NCBI RefSeq assembly: GCF_006345805.1
Contig: NW_021836151.1
Coordinates: 183,743-247,742, forward strand
DNA from: Octopus sinensis
Taxonomy: Eukaryota
Reading direction: 5' to 3'
DNA: 64,000 nucleotides
Below the pieces are notes generated by a model, which did no database searches, was not told where the DNA came from, and was given only the letters and a program-made list of their open reading frames with translations. Below, piece by piece: positions 52,206-64,000 of the stretch; the stretch's first letter is position 1; every line of letters starts with the position of its first letter. Position numbers and translations under genes: made by a program.

Positions 52206-53897
52206 TTAAGCAGACTTTGAAAAAGTTAGAAAAGTCCACTCATTCTGGGAAGGGAGATCCTCCAGTTCATATTTATTGAGGACATGTTCATGGACAAGCC
52301 ATTTCCTTTTATCATATGATGAAATGGATGTCATTGTGAGTTCTAACTGACGTCTCGAAATGGGAGAAACACTATTAATGGAAGAAGGCTAGGGTAGTGA
52401 CAGAACACTACATTGGTAGACATAAGACGGATTTTGAGATCGTCTAATATTATTCCCTTTTCCTTGATCCAGTACAACTGGAATTCCGTGATCAACGAAC
52501 TAATTGAACGTGTACTGCAATGAAGTAGTCTGATGATGTGAGGAATGGCTGCAGAATAAGCAGGACACCACACCTTCCTCAGGGACAGGTCGTTTAGACT
52601 GACAAGGCGTAGTCTTCCCTTCCGATGGAGGAATGTCGACTATTTTATACTTATCCAGGACGGACGAACTCCCCCAATTACAACCAACCACTTTCCTAGT
52701 GAGGACGTTCACAACATCCATTTGGTGACCCACAGTCCACATTATTGAACACAACCAACCATATCTCCCTCACCCTCAGATAGATGTCCATCAGGGACCA
52801 GAAATCCTTCATCCATGCCATCATCGCCTTCCTCATCCTCCCCCTCATTCTCACTACCCGATAACTCTTCCCCCGGCTCATCCTCCTGCCATTCAGCATC
52901 ACTATCCACATCATAGTCCAGAAGACTGTCCTTCCCCAACGGAGTCCTTCCCCCCACAAACTCACTCCGCCTCTTCCACGTCCCAAAATATGCCGGCCGA
53001 TTATTGTCGTGGAATTGCAGAAGAATCATTTTCTTAGTCCTGTCCACACCCATTCTAGCAGTCACTCTCCCTGGTGGGCAGCACTCCATTGCTCTCCCCC
53101 TCAAACGACCTTTCGAACTTCTCCAAAGCCTCTCCCGTGAGGATCTTCCTTTCCACACGCATATTACTATCAGGGGAGTGCAGCAGCCAATGGTCCCTTT
53201 TTTTCTCTTTTCTTTCTTTATTGGTACAAAAAAATTTTTAAAAAAATCCTGTTCTCGTTCTTTTCTCCGATTCTGTTGATTTTTTATAAAAACAACAACC
53301 GCAGCCTCAATAGACTTTTGTTTATCTTCTTTTAATTTTTCTCGAGCATTTTTTTCTTCCATTTTTATTCGGTTTTTTTCAAGGCGTTCACTGCGATTTC
53401 ATTTTATTAAAAAACCGAGTTTTTGCAATCATTTCGTCTTGTTTTCTGGCTTTTTCTTCCAATTTGACTTTTTTGAGCTCAATCCCGAGTCTTTCTTTCT
53501 CAATCTACAAAACTAGACACAACTGAGATACAACCCTGTATAATTTTTGCATTTCTAACTCTGCTTTTTTAAGTCTAGTCAAATTATTTTCATTATTTAA
53601 CCTTTTACTTTCCAATACTCGAATTTGCTGTTCGACATCTTCTTTGATTGACTTCCATTTGGGAGAGTTGTGGATTATTGGATGTCTCCAATTTCCTTGA
53701 TTGGAAAAGTTGGGGAGACGTACACATTTCATTATTTTGTAGGGTTTTTTACAATGTTTGCTGTCCTGCAATTAATTAGAGTTATTAACTGAATCAAGCA
53801 TTTCAATGTCTGTTTTTGGGGGTTTGTAGATTTTTTCATCTATTTTTATTAGGAATTGAACTTACTTACCTAAGTGACTGTCGTTTCCTTCAGACAT
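52206..53897 (-). CDS. CHAF1A: Chromatin assembly factor 1 subunit A (p150)
   Basis: KER coiled coil, LLQFHDNNRPAYFGTW, LDYDVDSDAEWQEDEPGE, FLVPDGHLSEGEG, C-terminal WLVHEHVL. Confidence 0.92.
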
Positions 53898-54278
53898 GCT
53901 CCACAAAACGTTTTAATTTATCCTATTGTTTACCTAAAATAAATACGATTCATTTGATGAATAAAATAAATAGTTTCAATAATTTTGATTCCTATAGTCA
54001 GAGATAATAATTTAAAGAAATTAACTTTTATTTTATCAAATTATTCCTTTTCAATACAGTTTTGTTTGTACTCACTCAAAAACGTGTTTTTAATAAATCG
54101 AAAAGTGGTTTTAATTAAAAACTATTTAATAATTAATCATAATTTAACTTTTTCAGAATTTTGACTTTTTTAAAAACCAAGAAAATTGTCATCCAGCCCT
54201 ATGCTTATTATTTGTCATGTCTCACTAATAAAAAAAGTTTAAAAAATCATTAAAATATTAAATTCACTATTTTAACAC

Positions 54279-55100
54279 ATGTCTTCTGTAGAATATCGAA
54301 CTCCCATTCCATGCTTCACCCTAAACGTGAATAAACTCCTAAACTCTTCTGATCAAATCCAAAAGCGAAATAAACCAATTTCCCGACAGTCACACAAGCA
54401 ACAAATATTCAAATCCCTAAAAGATCAATTTCTTGACCAACCTGCACATACTCAAATTTACGTGAAGACTAGTTAAGGCCAGTGGGTACAAGAGAGAGTA
54501 ATAGCCAAGTCCCAGCAATGGTTTTACAACATTGTACTCCTCTTCCGTCATCAGTTTCAATGAGGCAACTCTGCCCAGTTCATTTAAAATACAGTTCATG
54601 ATTCTGAGAATAACAAATGGCACAATTCCACTAAATAACTCAAACATTTCATCCGAACGAATAAAGGCTGAGAAAACCGTCTCTGACGATCGAAGTGACA
54701 ACAAAAGAAGGACTACAAATAAGCGAGTTGACATACGAATAAGTGGACCCCAAAGAAAGGAGATACGCAATTTGTCTTACGGAAATTTCTAGAGCATGAA
54801 TAACATTTTTTACGTCGCAATGGAAATGTGATGACTGACGAAACCAAGATGGAAAAACACATTTTCGCCAAACGACAAATCACAGCTAAATTACATCTTG
54901 GAAAGAGACAAACTCCACCAATCTTCTTCGAAATAGTCTTGGATGTCAAAAGATACTGAGGGTTGTTTTCTGTGACTGATTGGAGATTATCGGGGATTAA
55001 TTTTTCACAAATTTTATCAAAGATTTTCTTCTGGAGAATTTTGTGAACGAGAAACGTATTGAAACCAGTGTACAGGTACGGAATTCCCCGTTCCGAACCA
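54279..55100 (+). CDS. Hypothetical spliced gene, divergent from CHAF1A
   Basis: ATG-initiated exon 54279-54460 and further coding-like segments. Identity and 3' end unknown. Confidence 0.3.
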
Positions 55101-57033
55101 TAATAATAAACTTTAATAAAAACAAGCGAAACTCAATTTTAACATATTTGGATAGTAAAGATCAGATTGTCCGCTAAGAAACCGAACCGGAGTTATGGGT
55201 TCATGTCCAAGTTGCGTGAGAGTGCGAGTTAGCTGGAGTGGGTAGTTTAATATAATTTTGGTTATCGTGAGGGAATAGTTGACATCCTGACAGTAGCTCT
55301 GCATGAGTGATATTCTTTTAATTATTTAAATGATAAATACATCTCCATGGCTAACACACAAAATTCTGTGCTATTTTTAAAAACATATTTAATATCACAA
55401 AATATAATTTATTAATTATTTGACTCGAATTTTAAATCTAGGATATAGTTGAAGATAGTTTAAATGTTCAAAAAATAATTTTTTCATTTCAATCAATTAG
55501 TATATTTTTTTAATACCATGTTCGGCCGGCCACTTGGATATCAGGAAAACCAAACGAAAGAAAAGTAGAGAAAGCTACCGACTCGCTTTATTTTCCCCCA
55601 CCTATTTCGGCTGAGACTTCAGTGCATACGCAAGTCTTCTTCATCAGAAAATTCAAAAAAGATTCAAAAAAATCGAGCTTTCTTAAAAGATCTTTTTTGT
55701 CATTTTCAATATCAATTCAATTTCCTATTCAAAACTGGGTCAATAATATAACACCAGCTGATTCTTAACCTATAAACTTTGATATGTTTCAGATTAATAT
55801 GGAAAAAAAGTTTTAAAGCACTAAAAATTATAAAACGAGCCAGAAAAATAACGCCCTGGAGGAATTCAAAAAAATTAATTACAAAAAACAAAATCCCACT
55901 GAGAATAGAATAACATTGTTTTTATTTCACAGAAAACCAAAAAACAAAAGAACAAAGAAAATTTGTTAATAAAGCACCGAAGTGTCTCTTTTATTGCTAA
56001 CCCCAATTGCTTCCTTTAGCTTCGTCTCAGTAATTGCAAAAATGTGAGACTTCGATATGGCCAGGAGGAACCAGGCATTTGTAGTCGTTAGTACAACCAA
56101 TCCTTCCGTTTTCGGTGGCTGACCTCCCTTAGAAACACGGTCAATCACGGAATGATTGACCTTGATTAAATGCCAGAACTTTATGTTATTTTACAATCAA
56201 TTCGATTCGTCATTAAAACTGGGTCGAGAATATAATAACTAAGCACAGCCACCTTGGTCAAAGGAGACGCAGGAATGATAGGAATGATAGGCTTTCCAGC
56301 CTTTCAAAACTTTGTTCCTTATCAGATGCAAAGTTTTATTTGAATCGGCTTTCTTCTGACCGTTTTTTGTACTAAGGACTCCTTCACTGTGCTCAGTTTC
56401 TGTGACACACAGATCGGATTTGTTTGCATGCCAAATCCACAGTCATTGGCACTCCTTTTGTTCATGTATCCAGGAATTCAGCATCCGTCTGTAGTCCGAG
56501 ATGAGAGACCTTTATAACAAACCGTTTTTTAACGATTTCTTTTGGAATTTTCTCTCTGCAAATTTTTTCATTCAAATATTTTCGTTGGCTGAATTCCTTT
56601 GAAAATATTCATTATTAGAGATGTCCTTAGAATCTCACAAAGAGTTTTCAGTTTTAATTTTTCCATTTAAAATCATTCTCTAGTCATCAAATGGTGTCAC
56701 AAGATTCCCGAAGTAGTCTATGATTGTCGCATTATCCTGATTTTTCTCTCCCTGATTGTTTGGCGACTGGGCAGCCTCCCAGTTGGCTCTGTGCGTCGAC
56801 AGGCCAACTGATGCGGAATAAACCCAAAATACTTTTAATTCAAAATTATCATGTTCTAAAGTCACGCCACTTTTTGTGTAATGTGTTTTTTGCTCTGCAA
56901 TATCAAAAATATATACTTTGAATTTTTTAATTATATATTTAATATTTGTTATTAATCAAAAGAATTTTTATCTATTTTATTTAACTTAGTCATTTATCGT
57001 CGCTAAGTTTGATTAATAAACGTGATTCATCAA

Positions 57034-57945
57034 ATGATTAAATCTCGTCTTTCTTCACTACTCAACCGCAGTATTTAAATCCCTCAACATTTTAGGGAAA
57101 CAAATACTTGGACTTAATTTGCCTAAGGACAATGAGTTGCCATGTGCCGCACTTCTCTCAACAAACAAACATTTCAAAATCGTTTTCTTTATCCTTATAG
57201 AAACCTGGTCTTTCTAAACTAATGACTTCTAGTCCGATATCGGTCTGGTTGTTATTCCACCGACGGCAGTACTGTCCATTAAGATTTTAAAACTTGAGAT
57301 TAAGACTCTTTATCTTAAGTCCAGTCATTTATTTGGCATAAAAAAGTTGAATTTCAAGTCTGTTGCCAAACCAGAAACTCAGGATGTGGATGAACTTTTC
57401 CAAGAATTTTTCCGACATCTGCGGATGGAAACCAGCAAAAATTTTTATAAGGAAGGACTTGCGTTTTTTCTGATGGGAAATATAAGGAGTGCTTTTCATC
57501 TTTTTTAAATTCGTTTTCTTACTTCCCTTCGTCGAAAAGCTGTTTCAATCTTGCACAGTGCTATCATTTTGGAATTGGCACCAGTGTTGATTTGGAACAA
57601 GTAAATCATTTTCTTGTTTCTTTAGGCTGTAAAATACTACAAAATGGGTGGGGCAGACGGGAAATGCTTATTTAACTTGGCGGTTATAAAGATTCGGTGT
57701 GCATCCACAAGCTCTAGTCTCATTAAATATTTGATTGTTTTAATCGAGTCTTCATATTTGGGATTTTCCAAGGCAACCGACTATCTCCATGAACTGGATA
57801 AGTCCATGAACTGCACATGTCTTCCCAGAGCTGCTACCGAGTTGAAACTTAAAGCCGAATCAGGGGTTTGTCTTATTTTTATTTTTAGAATGGACTTGCT
57901 ACCAAATTGCTTGAATACTCCGGGATAATTTGTTTGGAGGATTAA
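57034..57945 (+). CDS. Sel1-like repeat protein (DELE1-like architecture)
   Basis: CFNLAQCYHFGIGTSVDLEQ|AVKYY and further SLR-like repeats. Basic, Ser-rich N-terminus. Confidence 0.6.
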
Positions 57946-58400
57946 TAGACAGCGTACTTTGCCTTTCCAATTTTCCGATTGTCCTTTTTTTACCGTACTG
58001 AGAAGTTTTAAAAACATTTATCAACCTAATTTTGAAACATTTACTTTGTCGAATAAAATTCAACACTTTGTTATTAACTATCAAATTAGACACAATGCTT
58101 TAGATATCAAGAGGTGTGGAAAAGATAAATAAATACGACGTGCTTGAAAGTTAATTATCATTTATGATAAAGTGAATAAAGTCAAATCCCTCTCAACTGA
58201 TTCCTCGATATGCCAAAATTCTCTTAAAACGGCTAAACTTCTGGTCCCGATTTTCCTCATTTTATTTTCGAATTATCAGATCTTCTTCATTCCAAATATC
58301 GGCCGTATTTTTTGGTCTCTCCTTGATTTCTCTTTTATCATAAATCGGCTTTCTGACATCAATTTTTCAATTGCACGCGGTGTTCTTGTGGTGCCTTTCC
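57900..58400 (-). CDS. Possible PIH1D3/DNAAF6-like gene fragment
   Basis: DIWNEEDL motif and a CS-domain-like C-terminal pattern. Frame could not be fully assembled. Confidence 0.25.
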
Positions 58401-58477
58401 TTGTTTTTTTGGTTTATATTAGAGAAGAAAAGAAGGTTTTTTGGCATTTCTGTTTGTTTTTTTTCTTTCATTGTTTA

Positions 58478-60790
58478 ATGGCTATCTGTTCCGTTTGTAA
58501 ATCCGTCAATAATCGGTAAAAGTCTATTCAGTGTCATTCTTGCTCTTTTTCTTTCCATATTTCCTGTATCAAGCTGTCAAAGAAATCACTTTCCGGCCTC
58601 TCTCGTTGGGTGTGTTCTTTTTGCTCTTAATTTCCTCCTTCTTATTTAAATGATGGCCTCTCCTACCCCTCTTGACAATCTTTCAGATCTATTTTAGTTG
58701 AATTTTGAATCTGTTCTTAAATTGATTTATGATTATCGTGCTTCTTTCCGCATTCCTATTCGAATCCCAAAATCAGCCCGTATTTCGGTGGTCCAAAACC
58801 TTACTTCTTTAATTGATTCTGTCATTTCCGATCCATTTATTCATAATTGAAATTGTTTATTCCTTTTCCCAACTTTTGCGTTGGGCTCCCCTGCTCGTCG
58901 CCCCGGTGCCGGTGGCTCCTTTGTTTCTCTTTTGAAAAAGAATATGAGTCAGTTTATGAATGGCTCTCTGGCTCTGTCTCTCTCTCATTTAAAATCTACC
59001 GCTAAGCCCTCGAAGGACGCTTCTAAACGTTTACAGTCTTGCATTAATTCCTGTCTAATGTCACATGATGTCAGCGCAGCTGTTCATCTCTTGTCATCTT
59101 CCGATTCTATTGGAAAACCAGTAACCTTTGATGTGGCGCAGTCGTCCTGTTTTCCCTTTTCTGTTTCTTTCAAACAACTTCTGGACGCCTTAAACTCCTT
59201 TAGGGTAACAGTGGTGGAGGTCTCGACGGTCTCCACCCTATTCATTTGAGAGACTTAATTTCCGCAACTTGTGATGAATCGCCTCTTGAATGCTTGCACT
59301 AACTTGTGTAATTTATTCCTAAGCGGCAGAATTTCTGACCATGCTAGAATTATGTTCTTTTCCGCGAATCTTACAGCCTTGGAAAGAAAGATGGTGGTAT
59401 CAGGCCTATTGCTGTTGGAAATGTCTTTCGTCGTTTATTTGCGAAAGTCTGTTGCAAGTCCATTATTCCTTCTATTGGCGAGCAACTGCAGCCCATTCAG
59501 TCGGGTGTGGGTGTTCCTGGCGGCTGCGAGTCTTCTGTCCATGCCTGTCGTTGTTTTATTTACGCTTTTACTCGTTCCAATATTCCCCTTGCCTTATTGA
59601 AACTGGATGTAACTAATGCTTTCAATTCTCTGGAACGTGGCCATTTGTTGGAGGTCTGTCAAGACCGTGTTCTACACTTGCTTCCCTTTATATCGCTTTC
59701 GTACTTGCTTCCATCACTTTCAATCGCCGGCGGTTCTTTCATTTCTTTGTCCTGTGGCGTACAACAGGGTGATCCTTTGGGACCATTACTGTTCGCTCTT
59801 GCGGTGGATTCTATTGCCCGGGTTGATGAATCACCCCTTAATCTCTGGAATCTCGACGATTGCACCCTGGACTGATGTTTTGCTAAAGGACTTAGCCAGT
59901 CTAATTCCGGAGAAAATTCTTAATGTGCATTTCGACGATATTGCCTGGTATCAGGTTAAACTTTCTATGAGTCACGGGGGTCTGGGCCTCCGTTCCAATA
60001 TTGATTTGGCTCTTCCTGCCTTTCTTTCTTCGGCGTCTGGATCATATCTCCTTGTCCAAAAGATTCTGGAAAAAATTACTGAGTCATCGTTGGACTCTGA
60101 CATCGATTCGGCCCTCGCATTTTGGAAACACAATTTCTCTGAAGTTTTTTCCGATGTCTTTTCTCAGCGGGAGTGGGACAAAATTCTTTGCCGCCGATCT
60201 TCAACTGATTTGAGCCACTCCTCGACCAACACAGACTGGCTTGTTTCCGTTCCGCCTGTCAGCCAGACTCAGGCTCCTGGCTGAATGTACTCCCTTCTCC
60301 GCTTTTAGATACCATCCTCGATAGGGATTCACTCCGTTTGGGTATCTATAATTGCCTTGGACTCCTCTGTCTTGTCGAATGGCGATTTTTTCGGCACACT
60401 GAAATTAACAATCTAATTCACAAAGCTCTGGAAAGAGCTGGTTTCCCTTCAATTCTGGAACCGATGGCCTTTGTCCTCGAAGATGCCAAACGTCCAGACG
60501 GCTGTACAGTTTTCGCTTTTGAATCCGGAAGCAGTTCGTTTAGGACGTGACCAGTGCCGACTCTTTCGCCAAGGGAGCTTTGAATTCCACGGCTTGTCGT
60601 CCTGTTCGTCGGCCGAGAAAGCCGAATTCGCGAAACTAACGAAATACGAAAATTTGCGTGATCGATTTTGCGCGATATATTTTGAAGTTTTGAGAACCCC
60701 GATTAAACATCCGAACAGTCATGAATATTTGACTTCCAGGCGAGAGCTTTCAATTCGGTGACTTTCTCGTCTAAGTATTTCATTCACAAT
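58478..60790 (+). mobile_element. Decayed CRE-clade (RLE) non-LTR retrotransposon with N-terminal PHD finger
   Basis: CSVC..QCHSC..HISC..WVCSFC (PHD). RT motifs RKDGGIRPIAVG, GVPGGCE, LKLDVTNAFN, GVQQGDPLGPLLF, NLDD, GGLG. RLE motifs RH..N..LEP..KRPDG. Stops and frameshifts present. Confidence 0.88.
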
Positions 60791-61272
60791 AGACGCGCTC
60801 GAACTGTAATTTTGTGAAGGATTCTGTTTCTTTGATTTCTTAGCTATCTTTTATTTTCCAAACAACGATTTTCGATTCTCAAGCGGATATCGGTTTAGTG
60901 GTCTGACATTTCCCTTATTTTTGAGTCTAATATGCGTAGTTGTTGTTTGGAAGGTTGTCTCTATAGCCGATAGTATCCGCAGCGCTCTGTTTAACAGCCA
61001 CAACCAACTTTTCCAGAAGCTTAATATTTTTTCTTTTCACAGAATTTTTTTCACAGAATTGTTATTAGCAGTTTAATAATTTAAGAAAAATGATGAATAA
61101 ATAATAAATAAATGATTATGTTGGGCCCTAATAATACAGATTAATCGATAAAATCGATAGGTAACAAAATAGGCGGGTTTTATAAAGGACTGTGACAATG
61201 TATGAAAATAACAAAAATAATTAAGGTGGGGAAATATAAACTACTATGTTTCTACGGACAGTTGCCTATAAT

Positions 61273-62083
61273 CTAATAAGAAGAATCCATACGCATCAAA
61301 AAGTGATTGAAAAGGGCCGACACAGTTGTTCCAAAATTCGAGATGGTGTAAACTAAAGTATTATATATGCAAATATACTATTAGAAAATCCTCCTGTGAG
61401 TCTATCATATTGTGCTGCGTATTTTATTGAATTGTGGGCTAACCAAATAGCCTCACTTTCCGTTGTAAAAATTCCACGATAACTGGCAATGATTATAAAG
61501 AAAAATACTGATTATTGATAAAGAAAGCGCCCTTATTGAGCCCGAGCCGATGGTCGTTACGTGACACCACGTACATTTCTATACTTGTGAAGGAATCTAT
61601 CACAAATTGATACATCCTCCATTCAGTAACATAAGAGAATAACTTCTAAAAAATATACCAAGAACTCAAGAACTCAAATATACCGATAATTGATTCGGAA
61701 GTATAAAATTTGATAGAATTTTTTTAATGAAATCTTCTAAAAACATTGGATACATATTCCAAGACTTTCTAGAAAACAAATTAATTAAAAAATACTGAAA
61801 ACTACGAGAACATTCTTTCTTTAAGATTTCAAAAACATCCATGTTCCCAGTAAAACCAATGATCGCGTTATTGGCAATCTGGGAAATTTTATAGTTATCA
61901 TCAGTATCTAATATTTTAATACAAAATTTCATTACAGCTTTCGTCGGGATTATTTAAAGAACAAGTGACTCTTGTATCTGAAGCCAAAACAACACCTCCC
62001 AAATAAGGAATTGCAACCACGGTTGTAAAACTTGTAGGATTCTAAAACAAAATTATAAAATTCTAAACGACCAGTTGAAACAT
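61273..62083 (-). CDS. Divergent 20S proteasome beta-type subunit (Ntn hydrolase)
   Basis: MFQLV|NPTSF-TTVVAIPYLGGVVLASDTR...YKISQI...FTG, TIGSGS, LAHNSIKNAAQYDRLTGGFSN|IYTI. Introns 62042-62068 and 61908-61935 are clear; middle exons uncertain. Confidence 0.82.
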
Positions 62084-62546
62084 TTTTATTCATTAAACAC
62101 GCGGAAACATTCATAAATATCACTTTAATCACGGCGTAAGGTTATATGCTAACTTCAAAGATGGCAGCGTCTCAATTTCAGTATGGTTATGAGAAACAGA
62201 TCAAAGAAAAATTGAAAATAATTCTCGTTCAAGAAACAAGACATTTTCTTGTTTTGAACATATTTTGATTTATTTTGTAATTGTAAATATTTTTTATCAA
62301 AAAGGCAATGAATTGGTCAAAACATCGGTTTTTAATATAACTTTCTTTGCGATTTTCAAAGTATACAAAGATTAAATAAACCATTAAGTGAATATATTTA
62401 ATTGTTTAAAATTATTTTTAAATTATTATTTTTTATTGAAATAAAATAAATTTTTTCCGTCATTGTGGTGATATTCTTGTTAAATGTTCTTAAATTTTGA
62501 CTGTAGATTTTTATTAATTACACTGATAGATGTTAAGCTTGAAGAC

Positions 62547-62985
62547 ATGAAGAAAGTTTCTGGAGAGGGGTTTTTTGACGGTGCCAAGCACAGTTATTTT
62601 TAGTAATAACACTGCTAGATATACGTATGAAGAACTTATGAAAATCATAAAAAGTGGAATCCCCGCGATGCAAATTTACTTTGAAAGTCCCGAAATTCAA
62701 CATATGTTGTCACCATCCTTAAAAGAGGTATTGAAGGCCAAAGGCCTTCTCAAGAAAAGAGTTACAGCAGCTACATTCAGTGATGAAGGCCCTGAAAGAT
62801 GCTGTCTTTGTGTCGTCTTATCAGAAGAGCCTCCCCAAGTACTATTCTGCTTGAAGGGATCTACCCTCAGCATATTCGCTGCACAGAATTTGAGTATGGA
62901 CGTGACCATTTTAAACGTTCTTTTTATCCAAAATCCGAACAAGAAAAAGTCGCAAACTTTTATTAATTGTTTTCGTTTTAGTTAA
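62547..62985 (+). CDS. Intronless ORF of unknown function
   Basis: 136-codon open frame with GC-richer composition. The ATG at 62547 joins only if one T is removed from a T6 run. Confidence 0.3.
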
Positions 62986-63039
62986 AATTGGCTTTTTTTA
63001 AAGTTTTATTTACTTCCTTCCTAGTAGAATGTCACTTCC

Positions 63040-64000
63040 ATTGTTTTATATAGACTGCAGCTCTGAAATTTAGGAATCTTGCTAACTTTGGCCAGCCTCA
63101 GAGAGTGCCCAGAATCGACAGTAGACAGAGCGAGTTTTCCGCGCGAGAATGTGTCTGAGCGGGTGGAGTCCCAAATAAGGAATTTCCCTTCCTCGAAGGG
63201 AAGGTAGACATGCTATCTGGGCGCCTCAGTTCCTCTGTCATCTTCGCCGATAAGGCAATTGATCCTTCTTAGCGTTTTGCCAGATGGTGACGCAGGAATT
63301 TCTGCAACATAGTACTCCAACAGACGACTCCACTGAGTCCGTAATTAGTCCGGATCAGTTCAAAAAAAATTTTGATATTCAACGAACGTATTAGTCCGAT
63401 ATGAGTCATTGGACTTGCCAGGAGCCTTCGAGTAATTTTCAATCGTAGGACGGCGCGTTTGAACAGAAAGGCCTTCTAAGTCTCAGTACAATGGGGATGG
63501 GTCGCTCAAGAAACATAACGAACATTACACGAGATATATCCAGCCAAGGATGGAGTGCAGAGGCCAGGTCCGGGGAATGGGGGCTGTCTCTTCTGCGGGT
63601 GGTGTTCTCTTGTATGAGCATATGGGTCGTTTAGGATAGTCAACTTATTGAGTACGGAAAGGATGTACTCGCCGCGAATGTCGGCCGGTTGAGTACCGGA
63701 GCCAGAGCGGATGCTTGGCATTTAGGTCGCCAATAGCAGCAAGTCCGTCAGCCGCAAAGTTTAAATAAGTTTGGGTGTATATTTGGACTAATAAAGGAAG
63801 TCGTCGAACTCTGCGGTGGGAAATACCATTGCACAATGTAAAATGTTCTTGAGGGTGAAAAAGGAACTTCTATAGAGATTTGCTCAAGAATAGGTTGCCT
63901 TCACACAGGAAGGAAACGAATGTAGTAACGTCGGTAAACACAAGCCCATCCTTGACAATTGTCAATAGTCCTCCACAAGACTCTCGTCCGGTCCTTTCGC
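63040..64000 (-). pseudogene. Degenerate APE-endonuclease LINE fragment
   Basis: IGDLNAKHPLW matches the APE GDxNAxH motif. Many stops. Confidence 0.75.

Noticed and set aside
55900-56900. Coding-like minus-strand region
   Set aside because: No consistent spliced frame or recognisable domain could be assembled.
60883-60981. GCGGATA...TATCCGCA read as a tRNA acceptor stem
   Set aside because: No TTCR T-loop or anticodon arm. Kept only as a structured-RNA candidate.

Overview
AT-rich eukaryotic nuclear DNA from an animal (innexin, Rab27, CELF, BBS7, DLEC1), standard genetic code, very compact. Nearly every host gene is split by ultrashort spliceosomal introns (mostly 22-29 nt), which is why the ORF track is fragmented. 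That intron size fits a dicyemid mesozoan best (inference, not proven). About 20 recognisable host genes alternate with transposon-rich blocks (about 1-9.4 kb, 13.2-17.2 kb, 26.8-28.4 kb, 38-39 kb, 58.4-60.8 kb, 63-64 kb): hAT/Buster and SPIN-like elements, a Ginger-like integrase, Tc1/pogo relics, and APE- and RLE-type non-LTR retrotransposons. Many single-base homopolymer indels break otherwise conserved genes, so the assembly looks under-polished and frameshifts are not safe evidence of pseudogenes. Best leads: (1) a tRNA-Sec with an atypical acceptor arm whose upstream promoter zone is occupied by a retroelement 3' end; (2) a divergent proteasome beta subunit with catalytic residues kept but Phe instead of Gly at -1; (3) non-canonical GA-AG and GC-AG micro-introns; (4) a hAT insertion whose terminal repeats carry in-frame splice sites; (5) operon-like co-oriented genes 36-114 bp apart; (6) a pseudoknot-capable element at 60.9 kb. 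All exon structures were assembled by eye and some termini are approximate.
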